From contig OZ024746.1 in NCBI GenBank assembly GCA_964016885.1, forward strand, positions 40,238,001 through 40,302,000: a stretch of 64,000 nucleotides of DNA, in the 5' to 3' direction. The stretch's first letter is position 1. Every line of letters begins with the position of its first letter. This document shows positions 26,170 through 40,576 of the stretch, one piece after another. The translations under genes were made by a program, and so were the position numbers. Under the pieces are notes generated by a model that was not told the DNA's origin, made no database searches, and saw only the letters and a list, made by a program, of their open reading frames with translations. This stretch comes from Eledone cirrhosa (lineage: Eukaryota).

Positions 26170-27820
26170 TGCCCTGGGTCTAATCATTTGTGAGCCGCTC
26201 TGACACCCATACATGGTTGATGATGCGGGTGAGCCACTGGATTATGTTATCTCCGCCCGCCTTCAACATCTTCGCGGTGATAGTGCAGATTCCAGGGGCT
26301 TTACGGTTGTTGAGCAGGGATCGATTGGAGGATGAAGGGTAAGGCTGAAGTGCTCCTTCCAGCGTTTGATGCAGGTGGTTTCTGTGGTGATGACGTTGTC
26401 ATTGGTATCCTTCACCAGGGCTGCCTTGATCCGGGGACAAACACGGGCTCTGTGGAGTGTGTTGAACGCCTAGTAGAGGTCGTTGTTCCTTGCCGCTGCT
26501 TCCACGTACTCGGCTTTTTCCACCCAAAACTTCTCCCGATCATCTGTGATGGGCTTGATGCGTATCTGGTTGAGTCCGGCGGTGCTGATTCATGTCATCG
26601 CGCATCACCCTGCCCTTCTGGAAATAGAAGGGCGACAAGGGAGCACCACCCTCCTCTCCATCCAAGCAAGCTTTTCAACAAGATCCCCCTCACCATCCTC
26701 TTCCCGCCATTCGAAGCAGACGTCGCCCACAATCCGGATTCATGCCAAATCAATCTACCGTTAACCACATTTCTACCCGTTTTATTATTGAAAGATATCG
26801 GGAGTTCCGCAGAGATAATCGACGACCTCATTGCGGCTTTCGACACGGTCGACCACGCATCTCTCTGGAAAATTCTCAAGCTCAACGGCACGCCTCCCAA
26901 GATCACCATCCTGTTCCGACGGCTCTATAGCAGTCCCGAGAGTTGCGTGTGGGTGAACGAGAAGGTCTCCGATTGGTTCACCATCAACAGCGGGGTCAGA
27001 CAGGGCTGCGTGGCTGCACCCCGACATCTTCAACTGTGTCATCAACTATCTAATGACCAAGGCCTGTGAGCGAGTTTCTAGCGTTACCGACCTGCAGTAC
27101 GCGAACGACACCTCCCTATTCAGCAACTGGATCGATTAGCTCGGAGACGAATTGACCATATACCAGGAAGAATCAGCAAAGTTTGGCCTTCAGATGAGCT
27201 GGACAAAGACCAAGCTGATGCATGTCGCTGATGGCTCGGATCCTCCCCCGCTTCATATTGGCCCCGACATCGTGGAGTTTATCAGCTCCTTCATTTACCT
27301 GGGCTCGACAGTCACCAACAATGGAGACCTGACCCCAGAGATCAACCGCATAATGTGGTCTGGCCGCCGGGGTCATGCACTCCCTGTGGAAGCCCCTTTG
27401 GCGTCACTGCTCTATCTCCTGGAAGACGAAGCTCCGTTCTCCTCTCTGGAGCAGAAAACGTGGCCCTTCAAATGACCCAGGCAAAGAGGATCGACGGCTT
27501 CGATAGCAGAGCTCTGAGGACCATCGAGAACATCAGATGGTACCACCACATTTCCAACAAAGAGTTGCGTGTGTGCACGTATCAGCCTGCAGCCTCCTGC
27601 CTCATAGCCATTCACTGCATACACTGGTATAGACATGTCTTCCGTCTACCGCCAGATCATTCTACCAAGGCTTTACTCGTGTTCTCTGCAGCAGCTACAA
27701 GCTAGATGATGCCCCCTACTAGATGGCTGGATGCCACCAAGGAAGATCTCAAGAGGCTCGACGTCACCTTCGAGGATGCAGAGGGGTTGGCACGGGACCG
27801 CCATCGATGAAGAGCACTGT
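26168..27820 (+). mobile_element. Degraded RTE-type LINE with inverted 5' segment
   Basis: The plus strand from about 26603 has RT motifs (SGFMPNQST, AFDTVDH, GVRQGCVAAP, LQYAND, FIYLGS). The minus strand of 26168-26600 encodes the upstream linker and RT domain 0. Confidence 0.9.
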
Positions 27821-28368
27821 TTCGTGTGTGTGTGTGTGTGTGTGTAGTATATGTTAACATTTCATACACTTAACATGTAATCTGTGAGCGACTTTAGTTT
27901 TCGGGGCCCAATTATGGCCACCACGGTATAGCAGAGGAGCCATTCTGAGACTGGCCGCTCACGTTAGGATATCGAAACCTAGGGTCTTGTACAGATTTTA
28001 AGTGTATGAAATGTTAATATGCGGCCGATTGTTTCACTTGGTGGTGAATTCCACCCTCTTTTTTATGTTTTTTATCTCTCTTATGCATTTATATTTGTAT
28101 ATATTATACGTGTTTGTGTTTTCGTTCTGTAAGCATTATATTATTATGCGGTGAAATGGCAGTATCGGTAGAGGGTCGGACGCCATGCTTTGACGCATAG
28201 CTTTTGCTGGCCTTGTGCCAATAGTAGAAACAATTATATTATTATAATTATTTCTACTTTTGGCACAAGGCCAGTAATTATCCAGTGCATTACTGGTACT
28301 TTATTTTATCGACCCCGTAAAGGATGAAAGGCAATGCTTACAGAACGAAAACACAAACATATAAATGC

Positions 28369-28419
<51 letters not shown>

Positions 28420-28946
28420 AGATAAAATATTTGATATGTCTCATATGAAATAATACAGCCAATTTTCCACGCAATACTTTTAGTTAGCACCCCGAACGCA
28501 TAATTTGGAATAAAATCACTTATTTCCTAATGTTTGTTGAGTGAGTTGGAATTTGGCCGGAGTATCGCTAAAAAGCTTTCTCCGATATTGTATTTATTTA
28601 TTATATATATATATATATATATATATATCAGCATATAGAGCGAAGTATACATAGAGATGTGTTCAATCATAGATTTAAAACCACCAGTGTGAGGAACATA
28701 TTCACTACAGAAAGAATGGTGAATACAAATCAATTAAAAAAAGTATATTAAAGTGTACTAACTATCCAATTATAACTATGTTCTTCACATTGGTGGTTTA
28801 ATATCCCCTATGATTGAACACATATCTCTATGTGTACTTCTTTCTCTCTATATGCTGATTTATAAAGAGCCAGGAATCTGCTCCTTGAACTCAAACTCAT
28901 TAAATTATGGTGGATGATTGTGGATCTTTAAATCCACTTTTTTAAT

Positions 28947-29002
<56 letters not shown>

Positions 29003-29120
29003 TATTGAAGTTTCCGTTGAAAATTGAAAAAGTCATAGGAGTGAAGAGTGCTCTATGTAAGTGCCAGAGCTAAATTTAATGTATAAAAACGTCCTCATTC
29101 GTTCGTCGGATAAGGAATTG

Positions 29121-29188
29121 CCTTATCCGACGAACGAATGAGGACGTTTTTCGTATTCGTCTTATTCGGGAAACCTCTGGTAATGCGG
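29121..29188 (+). ncRNA. Degenerate hammerhead motif inside a perfect 31-bp hairpin
   Basis: CCTTAT-CCGACGA-acgaatgaggacg...cgtcttattcgg-GAAA-cctctg-GTA-ATGCGG. The core has a U-to-C change and stem I is imperfect. Confidence 0.45.
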
Positions 29189-29515
29189 TAATATATTGTA
29201 TTGTTTATTATATATATATATATATATATATAATAGACATAAATCGAAGCTGTAGCCGCAGTAGAGCAGATACCAATCGAATTTTTTTAGGCTTATACTT
29301 ATATATAATACACAAGCTCATACACGAACGTGTGCAAAATAACTGGATCCGTGTTATGCTGAAGTGGATTAGGTAAACAAACTCTAAAGATATTACATGA
29401 AATGTTGATCAATAGGCTGAGTAGTTAAGAAGTTTTGTTTAGATTTTACTTTGAAAAGTAGCATTAAATAAGCACCGGTGATTAAATAATGTAAATAGTA
29501 GAAAACATAGCTTAC

Positions 29516-29682
29516 GTATTAAATATTTTTTCTCGGTCTTGAATTTCTTTCCTTGTAAATTCTTTGAACTCTGTGTAAGGGTTGAAAATGTTAGCTGTCG
29601 CTTGTACAGTTTCACCAGCATCGACCCCTTCGTTAATATTGATGCGGCGGTTCAATTTGTTGTTTAACTCATCTGTAGCCAT
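29516..29682 (-). CDS. EFHD2: EF-hand domain-containing protein D (swiprosin-1/EFHD-like), first coding exon, copy b
   Basis: ATG at 29682. Encodes MATDELNNKLNRRININEGVDAGETVQATANIFNPYTEFKEFTRKEIQDREKIFN plus 2 nt, then a GTAAGC donor. Same length (167 nt) and phase as copy a. Confidence 0.88.
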
Positions 29683-30516
29683 GATGATTAAATGATGCTC
29701 AGAGAAACAGTATCAACTTTGAATTTCTGTAGATATATGAGTGTTACTTGTGTATGTCCCAGAAAGTGTAGGAGACACTCTGTGTCAGAAAGAGAGTTGT
29801 TTATGACCTCTATTTAAAATGAACACTCCTTGCTAGTAAGAGAATTGGTGTTCCGTTAAACTCTCTTTTTCTTTCTCTTCTGCCTTTCCCAGTTTTTCAG
29901 TGTCTAAATTAACTTGTCATGAGAACCTTTCCCAGTGTCTAATAAATTAGTCTCTTTCTGCCTTTCACCAGTCTATTTCGTTGTTTCTCTTCTTTTTCTT
30001 CTCTGTTATATGCTTTCAACCTGTCTATCAGTTTCACTCTCCAAACCATTAAACACATAAACCAAAGAGAGGTGAAGCTATCATGTTGGTCTAGTCTAGA
30101 TAAACAGGACTTCCAGATATATAGCCCAAATGGGCAAAGATTATTGTGTTGTAGTAGTCACAGAAGAGACTAAGAAAAGAACTAGTGCATTTGTGAACGG
30201 GAATACGTATGCTTATATTGATAAATATATATATGTCAAACAACTCGATAGCCTACTTTGGGAGGAAGCCCAGAACACGTATGTGCATATATATATATAT
30301 AACAGCTGGACTGTGCCAATGATGTGAGCAGCACTGACCCTATAATGTAAGCAGTACTTTAAAGTAGGTCTTAGTTGATAACTTTAAAGGGTCAGCAACT
30401 GATTAGAGCTGAGGTATTTTTGTTTTTGTTTGTTAGTTTTTTTTTTTGGGGGGGGGGGGTAAATCTGGCTTTTAATGTACCGAAACTAAGGACGAAAATA
30501 ACTTAATATTTTGTAA

Positions 30517-30549
<33 letters not shown>

Positions 30550-33500
30550 GCTCCTCCTCTCCATCTCTCATAAATTTCTTTCTATCTCTTTCATTCACAC
30601 TTCAAGTTCACACATTATATTTGGTTGAAATGTTCTGAATATGAATGAATGACATTACAATATGATTCACTAACAAGAAGACTTCGTGTTAACTTTGCTA
30701 CAGACAACATAGCAAGTAACCTAACTGATCCTGTGCCCATACAAGGTGAAACAATATACCCCCCCCCCCCCCCCCCCCCCCCCCAATCATCCCTGCCAGT
30801 ATTTAGCTTGTCGCAGAGTCTTTACCGGTCGATTCCGAGATTGACGTTATCTACCCATTTTTTTTCCTTCTATTCTTCTTGCCTTCCACTCCCTGAACTG
30901 ATCCTTGGTCTTTGTTAATCCATTGCCACGTAACCATCTCATATTTTCTCTACAGTGGTTAACAAGTTGTAGTTGCCCAGATGTTACACAATTGCTGTAG
31001 GAATATTTTTGTTATGTATTTCATATGAGAGAAGCCTATGTTTAAAAATAAAATCGAAAAAAAATTATAGGCACCAATACCTTCAGTTAAACATAAAATC
31101 TAATGCTACTGGAATCAGCAATCATCGAGTTTGGGGGAGTTTTGTTGTTTTTTTTATTTTTTGTTATGGCTTATCCATGACCGTTTTCACGGCCTCTGAA
31201 AGAGAGAAAGAAACCACCACGAATCATCAGAGCAGAGACTGCCAAAGGTACGTTTCTTTTAGATAAATATAAATGATTAAAAACAGTTTTGCATCATAGA
31301 ACTAGAGGTGGTTTCAGGCAGTTTAGTATCAAAAGGGTTAAAAGGTATATACTCAGTTGAATGGGTTATGTTTGCTTGTTTTTTTACTACCTAGTGACAA
31401 CTAAAGCAATAATATTTGTTTATTATTCACCCATTTGGTAGCAATGTAAAACAAAACATCCATTAATAATGCTTTTAAAAGGTGGGTGGCTTTGTGGTTA
31501 GAGAATTGGATTTGCAATCATGGGGTTGCAAGTTTGATTCCAGGACCAAGCAATGTGTGCACGTCCTTGAGCAAGACACTTTATTTCACGTTGCTTTTTT
31601 CCCCCAGGAGTTGTGACTGGTAAATAGTATCATCAACGGAAAATCTCATGGAAACATTGTTTCTTTGGTTCATTTTGATAAGTTCTACTCTATTTAGTAA
31701 GCAAATAAGGTTTAGGATCTTGTTGATCAAAAATATCCCTTTATTATAGTAGAATGGTGTCCAGAGTATTTATACTTTATATTAACAAAGGTATGTTATA
31801 AAGTCCATGAGGAAATGATATAGTATTGACAATACAGTCTTTTCAATGTTGACGAGAACATCCTATAATCTCTTCACATCATCATTCATCATCATCATTT
31901 CATTTTACGTCATTCATCATCATCATTTCATTTCTACAGCTGAGTAAACTGGAGCAATGTGAAAATAAAGTGTCTTGCTCAAGGAAACAACACATCACCC
32001 GGTCTGAGAACAACACATAACAACTAGTTACCATACAGCCAATCCAATCCAGAGCCTTCTCACCCCTGTTGGAGGAACCCCTCCCTTGTTGAACTCTAAC
32101 ACTTTCATTTTGGTTTTGATCATGTCAGGGGTGTAGCTACACTCACCATGCTTGGCCAATTGCAGTTTTGTGAGGGTATTTAATCGATATTTGAGATGGA
32201 TGGCCGTTGACTCTGAAGAGTCCATTTGTCCTTTTAACAGCTCTTGTTTTTTGTGCTACTAGGGCTCCACTTACCCTCATCACCAGACCAGGGTCCAGTG
32301 GGGAAGCTGGTTTAGTCGCCAGCCACTTGACCATGAAGCACGTTGTACTGGGTTACAAGGTACCAGTGGCAGCAGAAGCCTGACCTGACCTTTATCATAG
32401 TGTGACAGAATTCAGAGTATATACCTTATATTAACAAAGATGTATTATAAAGTCCATGATGTTATAGTATAAAAAAGGCAGTCTTTTCAATGTAAAGTAG
32501 ACTAGAACATCTTATAAACTCTTCATACCCATTGTAACAACTAATTATCAGATATCCATTTATTTAATTAAGACAATGTCCCACTATGATTCCATCACAA
32601 ATTTAGAAAATCTATTTTCTCATAATTGGAGGTGACATTAAAAGTTTCTTTTTTCTTTTTTTTCTTTCCAAAGCAATTTTTACCATTATAGCTATATATT
32701 CATTAGACTAAAAGGGATGGGGTGGGGAAGGAAGAAAGAAACATGTCAACTTGAACTACATTCAGATTCAGAACTTATTATTTTACAAATGTTTGAAGTC
32801 CAATAATTGTTACTACCAGTGGTAGTGATGAAGGAAGGGTTAGTATGATACTAATGGTAGTGATGGTGGTGGTGAGGGGGTAATTGTAGTAGTGGTCATC
32901 AGATTCTGTTATTTAATTTTTGTAATTATTTGTGGCTAGACATTGGTCCTGTTCAGCTAAAGTCATACCTTATGTTTCTACTTTTAGACCAGACCTTTTG
33001 AGCCATTGTTGACTTTCAATCAAGCTTACTTCCTCTTTGTTGAGTTTTTCAGGGTATTTTTTTACCATGGCTTTTTTCCTCCTTTTTCATTTGTATATTT
33101 TTAAAATTTCTTTATTTTGATTTTTATGTAGGGGGAGGGAGGGGAGGGGACTTTTTTTTTTTGCTTTTTTTTTTGTTGCTTTTTTAACATTTTTCTGTTG
33201 TTTCGTAGTTAGAGGTGAAATTCTTTTTTGCTATGTTTTGAATGAATATGGCCTTCAGAATGACCAGAAATTAGCAAAAAAATCATTACATAATGGAGTT
33301 GTGAAATAAAAACTATTCTCTAAATGACACTTAAAACATTTTAAATATCAAAGTAATAAAAACTTCATAAATATATTCTCCACTCATGAAAATTTCAAAA
33401 CTGCACCTGCTAAACATAATCTGTTGATTAGCTGCCTCAGCTTATATACAGGATTTTGATTTTTGCCCATTTCTCAGACATAAAATAAGGGGCGACTTAT

Positions 33501-35850
33501 ATTCGAGTATATACAGTAATTTTCTTATTGTGGTCAAAGTAAGAGGTATCAAAACTAGGTCCATCAGCTTGCCAAACTATAAATTAAAATTATCTTATTT
33601 GGGAGAATGGAATGCATAACTGAGAGATGGAAGTGCATATTGTAGAGCTAACCTAAGGTACTAAATACCTCGGCACTGATCCTGGTAGAGGTAGTATGGG
33701 TGATGTAGGACATTAACAATTGTAAATATCTGTGAAGACAGAGTATCTTTCAATGCTTCAAGAACAGCACATTTCTCAAACATGAAAAATTACACAAATT
33801 CAATGAAAATAATATAACAATATTTTAAAGATCAAAAAATTAAAAGTATATTGTTGATATACTTTTTCTCAGGAATATCATCCATCACAAAACCTTGATT
33901 TCTAGAATATGTCATACTTTTGCTGCCTCCAGTTTGATGTCAACTGTTTTAGTAAATGTTGACATAGTGACATAATTTTTAGCTGTTAACAATAATGTCA
34001 TTATAAATTTACTTTAGTTATTTCCTCTCTATACTCCACACTGTTTTTCATTTGTTTATTTAATATGTTTTACATCTTCCCATATTCAGTATTTATTTCA
34101 TCATTGTAACAGAATCATAACAGATGGTATTTATTATACTTCATGATTTATTCCATAATTTTCATTTCCTAACGAGGGATAATTACAATTTTTTCCCTCT
34201 CTTATCAAAATAGCAGGCCAACTAAAACCTACTAGTCTGTTAACTGAGAATTGCCTACTGACTGAAGTAAAACAGGAATTAATTATACTTCATCATTATC
34301 ACCATTTAAAGTCTATTTTCCATGCTTACATTAGACGAGTTGTCATGCTCTGAAGCTAATCAGGCAACTCAAACTGTAATGAAAGCTATGCAGTAAGATT
34401 TAAACTATTGTTTCCCTGGTTAGCAAACTATATCATACAACCACAGACACTGATCTCTGACCTCATAGATAAGCAATTTCCTAGACTGATCTCTGACCAG
34501 AACAATGTAGTTGCCAACAGATACTCACCCCTACCTGTTAGGTTGGGCCCTTTCGGCCAGCAAGCCAAGACAGCCATAGTCCCATTCAATTCCAACAAAG
34601 GTTAGTTCTATGCATCTTTTCAGAATACTACACAGCATTCATGCAAAACCAATCACACAAACATAATACACGGTTACACTTTGACTCTGTTGTTTTCCTG
34701 TCAAAATAACTTTGACATAAGCTATTTCTTAATAAAAATAATTAAAGTTGCAATGTTATTGTTCATTGAATATTGTTAATGGCAGCTTCACTTTCAACCT
34801 TCAACTACTGATTATAGCAACAAGTACAGCCACACATTTCGACTCACTGAGACACATACATACAATTCATTTTCCATAAGTCACAAACATTCATTCAGTG
34901 CTTATGTAGGAGAAAGCAACTCACAGAATCAGCTATTAAGCCCACAATTACTATTACAAATTCTACCACACTACCACACGGTCAAATAAGCCTTGTCGGA
35001 GAGTGAAAAAAAAACTCCTTCAGATGTATGGTCTGTCTCTGATTATCATGGGTAAGAACACTATGGTGGCTGGATCATTAAATCATTTATATAAATTATT
35101 AGGCCCATAGGTAAAAATACAGTGCTGTGTAAGGACACAATTTCACTGCTTGCTACAGGCACTATTTTCCCTAGTTATGTCTCTGGGTCTATGCCTGCCT
35201 TATTTGCTTTAAATACATTTCACAAGATAAATTCTTTAGTGACACCCCTGTGTTCCAATAGATTGGGGGAAACACTAGCAAACACTTTTCAGCTTTTACT
35301 ACTTCTAGTCTCTATGTTACCTCTACTATTAATTTGAAATTACTTAGCTAACAAGGGAGCCACTACATAGTTGCTTCATTTGCTAGAAATAGTAATCAAA
35401 CCTCCCTCAAATCATATTTCACCATTTTAAAATAAGAAGGACTCATTGCATAATGTAACCTAGCATACGTTATGCTTGAAAAAATAAAAAGGTAGTAGGG
35501 TCATGGCTGGAATGCCTTTAATCATAGGTCTGATTTAACTTAGGGTTAAATAGCAACAGCAACAGCTTCAAATGCTTTCTTGATTATTACTTGAACTGAA
35601 TTCCTGCTAAAATTTGTAGAGTTCTGGATTGAATTACATGCATTGCTTGTGAGAAGACAACTGCAGAGAAAATGTCACTTCACTGTCAGGTCATTTGTGT
35701 GCATAGTATAGTGTATCTATAAGACATAGGCTATGTATATAACACTGTCTATGCCATATTGAGTATCTGCCTACCTCCTAGCAATCTAGTTTTGTATAGC
35801 ATGTTGGCCTGTGGGTGCAATAAACAACAGTTGAAACTAAAACCTTTGCT

Positions 35851-36078
35851 TTAACCCTTTAGCATTTGAACCGGCCATATCCAACCAGAATTCTATCACC
35901 TCTTTCTGTTAAAACCAACTGTAACTGGCTATTCATACTGACGTTAAGTGATTGCTCTCAAAATAAATAATATCAAAATCTCATAGATTCGATATTATGT
36001 GGGGTAATGCCTTTACCACAAAAATATAACAGTAAATATAATAGTATAAATAGAGTAACGTAAATGCTAAAGGGTTAA
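35851..36078. mobile_element. piggyBac-type MITE, family A (about 225 bp)
   Basis: TTAA-CCCTTTAGCATTT ... AAATGCTAAAGGG-TTAA. Other copies at 37768-37996, 41360-41588, 44455-44670, 44843-45067, 59314-59529 and 63014-63228. Confidence 0.9.
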
Positions 36079-36616
36079 GCATCTTTACCCTAACCTTCTT
36101 CAACTTTTACTTTTATTCTTTCACATTACAAAAGGTAGATAATGTGATAAAGTCGTTAGAGCATTGGATATTTGTTCCAGGTATTTGTGTTCTGAGTTCA
36201 AATCCCACAGAAGTCCACTTTGCTTTTCATTCTTTCAGAGTCAAAGCCCAATGCTGGAGCAGCTCTCTCTCTCTAGCTGTCCCATTCTAGATTTTCAACT
36301 GTATCAAGGGATTGAAAGTCAAGAGGGTATCTGTGTTTGCTCTTAACTGCATGGGCTCCTAAAACCCTTAGCAAAACCATGGTGAATATTACCAAGTCGT
36401 CCTCGATTGTGAATGATGGCAGTAGTTTTTAGTTTTTTACCATTTAACTGCAGAGATAAAATTACAAAGAAAATGAATATGTTTGATTCTCAATTCATAT
36501 ATTGAGAGTTCAAGTCCAGTTCAGATAAAATGTTATGGTCTTGGCCAGGATATCACATATCTAAAAACTGAAAAGTCACTACAAATCCTCTGCTTAACCC
36601 ATATACATAATATAAT

Positions 36617-36783
36617 CAGTGCTGGATTTACCATTGTGCTTAGGTGTCCTTAGTCACAGAGCACTGTTGGCCAATGGGGTCCATCTTCCTGCTAAAAAAA
36701 TTTTTTTACCTCCTTCAGGGCCCAAGTAAGGGGCCTCACAACTTAATTAGCACACAGCCTCATTTGTCCTAAATCCAGCACTG
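36617..36783. mobile_element. hAT-type MITE
   Basis: 14-bp TIRs CAGTGCTGGATTTA/TAAATCCAGCACTG, flanked by a near-identical 8-bp duplication AATATAAT/AATATAAC. Confidence 0.8.
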
Positions 36784-39700
36784 AATATAACTGAACTTTA
36801 TTTTTTGTTTAGAACCTGAAATAAATATTATATGACCGCAAACTGACATTTAACTGAGTTGTTAGAGAGCAAGATTAAATACCTCAGTATTTGTTGTGGC
36901 TTTCTGTATTTTGAGTTGAAATATTGATTGTATTTATTGCATAATCGTAGGAGATAAATAGATGTTTACTTATCTTCATATTTTAACCAACTGATTTTAA
37001 TTTTGGGAAAAAATCATCAAAAGATCAATGTACAAAAGCATTATTTGAACAATAGCAGTGGATTGGCAGTATCGGTAGAGCATCAGATACCATGCTTTGC
37101 AGCATAGTTGTGGCCATTTACATTCTGAGTTCAAATCCTGCCGAGGTTAGCTTTTCCTTTCATCCTTACGGAGTCGATAAAATAAAAATAAAGTACCAGT
37201 AATGCACTGGGGTCGATTTAATTGACTTCCCCTCCTCCAAAATTGCTGACCTTGTGCCTAATTCAGAAACCATTATTTGAACAAGAGGATGTTAAGTGGA
37301 GAAATCAAAGATAAGAAAGAAGTCAACTCTTTTCATGATGTAAAACCTAAACTGCAAAAACTGATATATTTCATTTACATTGGTATGTACAAAAACACAA
37401 AGCTACAAACTCTGTTCAAAACCATAGGATTTGGTGGTGGTGGTGGTGGTGGTGGTGGTGGTGATGTTGATTCGGCATATTTTCATATATTGACTGATAA
37501 GCTGTACAAAGTCACTCCTTTCAATTTTATTCCAATAATACTTCTGTGGAATCCTGATGAGAGTGTTAAATGATAGCTTATGTCCTGTTTTCTTTTTTTA
37601 TGGTGGGATGGTCAATACAGGATATGCAAATCTAATATATGAATTAGTCTTTTGTCTCATAAATTTTTAATTTGCACTATTTTTTTGTTGTTGGAAAATT
37701 TCCATTTCAGTCATCAAAATTTATCTTAACCTTTTTGTTACCTCTGTTTCTATGGTACAAAGCTATTTTAATCCTTTAGCATTTACATTATTCTATATAA
37801 ACTATTGTATTTTTGCAGTAAAGGTTTTATCTCACATAATTATCTCTCATAATATAGAATCTACGAGATTTTGATGTTATTTATTTTGAGAACAATACCT
37901 TAAGATCAGTATGAGTGGCCAGTTACGGCTGGTTTGAACAGAAAGAGGTGAGAGAATTCTGGCCAGATACAGCCAGTTTAAATGCTAAAGGGTTAAAGTG
38001 TTTATATTTGTTAAAGTGTTTATATAAAGCATTCCATCATATCGAAAACCATTCACTGCTATGTTTCAATTTTTTAATAAATATATTTGAATATCATAGG
38101 CAGTGTCTTTTATTAGAATTATAAATAAAGTATTACTTTTCAACAACTGAAATGATATCCTTTTAGGTCATAGTCGTAGTCATCGTCATCAACATGGTGG
38201 TCATCATATTCATCATCATCATCATCATCAACAGCATCACCAACAAAATTATCATCATCATTATTATTGTTTTGACATCCATTTCTCCATGTTTAGTTTA
38301 GAGTCAGTAAATGAATGCCTCTCTATATGTATCTTGACTCTTGACCCAGTGTCATCCTATTTGAAAACCCAGTGTACTTACATCTGAACTGAGTAGTTAA
38401 CAATGTGCATTAGAAAAGCTTAGTAACTGTTTCAGTGATAATGTATGAGGTGTCAGGTGATACTTGTGAGGGTGCCTGGTTGTTTCAGCGTCTTAGCCTC
38501 ACCATCACCTTTGGGGATGTTGCAAGTGTATTAACTTGCTTCAAAATGTTCTATTGACCCTTGTGATGTGCAGCCAATTTTCTTACTTGGTGATGAATTG
38601 ATGATCATTTTGGTTTTGGTCGCCCCCCCCCCCCTTTCCCCTCATTTTTCTTTTTTTTTTCTCTCTTTTATGCATTTAGATTTGTGTTTATCAATGACAT
38701 TAAATTTATAATGTTATTCTGAAAGAATTGTGAACAATTTATAATGTTATTTATGCATTTGTAATGTTATTCATACAACTGTGAAAAATATATTTATAAA
38801 AATACAAAACTGTTTTACAGTGTTTATATTTATCTATGAAAAATATTTTTTATGTAATAACCTTCAAATTATGCTCCAAACGCCAGATAAATATTGAGTA
38901 AGTTATATTACTAAATTCTTCAATTTTTTTTATTATTTTCAAAATGATTTAAAAGTCATATGTAGTGTATTTTATTTTTTTTTTTTTTTTAAGTATAACG
39001 AGTTTATTTATTATAGTAAAACATAATATTACAAATAGAGAGAAAAAAAAGAAAGAAAAGAGAAAGGAAAAAAGAAAGAGAAAAAATACACACAAGCAGG
39101 TAATACATACAACTAGGACTACATACAACAAAAGGTGGGTGAAAGGGGTGGACAAACGAACCGCTATCAGAGCAAAAGATAATATTTTATTAGAAATATA
39201 TCAATGTTCAACCTGCACTGGAAAGTGGTACTGCTGGTGCCAGATAAAACTTGATGGTATAGTGGTGGTGGTGGTCCTATAAAATTGAATTGATGTGTCA
39301 ACTAATCATACAACACCTGTTTTTTCTGCTGCTGTGAAAGGGATAAGATTTAGGCACTGATACATGCATTGCCTGTTAACATATGTTATCTACAAGTGAA
39401 CATTTACCATCTGCCCCTATATGTTTGTTCATTCGTCAGTTGAACAGCATACATCATATTGAATTTCTTTGTCATTTGAGAATGAACTAATTTAACAAGA
39501 TTGTATGTTTTTAACATCCACATAATGTGTAACAGTATCTAGTTTGAAAGGATTATTTAATGTAGGCTTTTTGGGGACCAAGTTAGGTTCCTTTTCATAT
39601 GAATGTACAGTAGCAGAGTTAGGGGACAGGGCATCCTGCCCTGGGCCACACATTTCGGTTTGTTATATTATAAGCCTGTGTTGGTTGTATTGAAATAAAA

Positions 39701-40523
39701 GTGGTTTCAATGTCAGGACACTACTTACAGTTGAAGGACCTATTCAATTTCAAGGATGGGTAGGGAGTGCAAACTCAAAAGATTATGATTGTAAGCTTAA
39801 TAATTGTTTCTACTTTTTGGCACAAAGCCAGCAATTACCCAGTACATTACTGGTACTTTATTTTATCGACCCCGTAAGGATGAAAGGCAAAGTTAACCTC
39901 AGCGGGATTTGAACTCAGGTCGTAAAGGGCCGTAACTCTTTGCATCAAAGTATGGCGTCAGACCCTCTACTGATACTGCCAATCCAAAGCTTAATAATGA
40001 TTTCTAATTTAGACACAAGGCCAGCAATCTGGGGGAAGGGAAAATCATTTAAATCAACCTCAATACTTAACTGGTACTTTACTTTATCAACCTCGAAAGG
40101 ATGAATGGCAAAATTGACTTCAGCAGGATTTGAGCTCAGAACAAAAGAGATGGAACAAATACTACTAAGAAAGGTTGACAAGGCTACACAAGAATACTTT
40201 CTGATTTAGACTCAAGGCCAACAATTTTGGGGGGGTACTTTATTTTATTGACCCCAAAAGGATGAAAGGCAAAGCGGGATTTGAACTCAGAATGCAAAGG
40301 GCTGTAACTCTATGCTGCAAAGTAGGGTGTCTGGTGCTCTACCGATACTGCCAGTCCCCTGCCCTGAAGCTACACAAGAATACTAGGATTTATATTCTAT
40401 ATCAAGAGGGACAAAGCTTAAATACTCAAATGAAATGTCATCTAGCATTCCTTTTCATACCTACAATATTGTGACTTGTATAGGTTTTCACTTTTTGTTT
40501 TTTGTATTGATTATATATATATA

Positions 40524-40576
<53 letters not shown>

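Noticed and set aside
26332-27069. 245-aa ORF as a host gene
   Set aside because: It is chimeric read-through across the LINE inversion junction.
39180-39290. Possible minus-strand exon (TTTTATAG|GACCACCACC...)
   Set aside because: No recognisable homology and no link to either gene can be supported.
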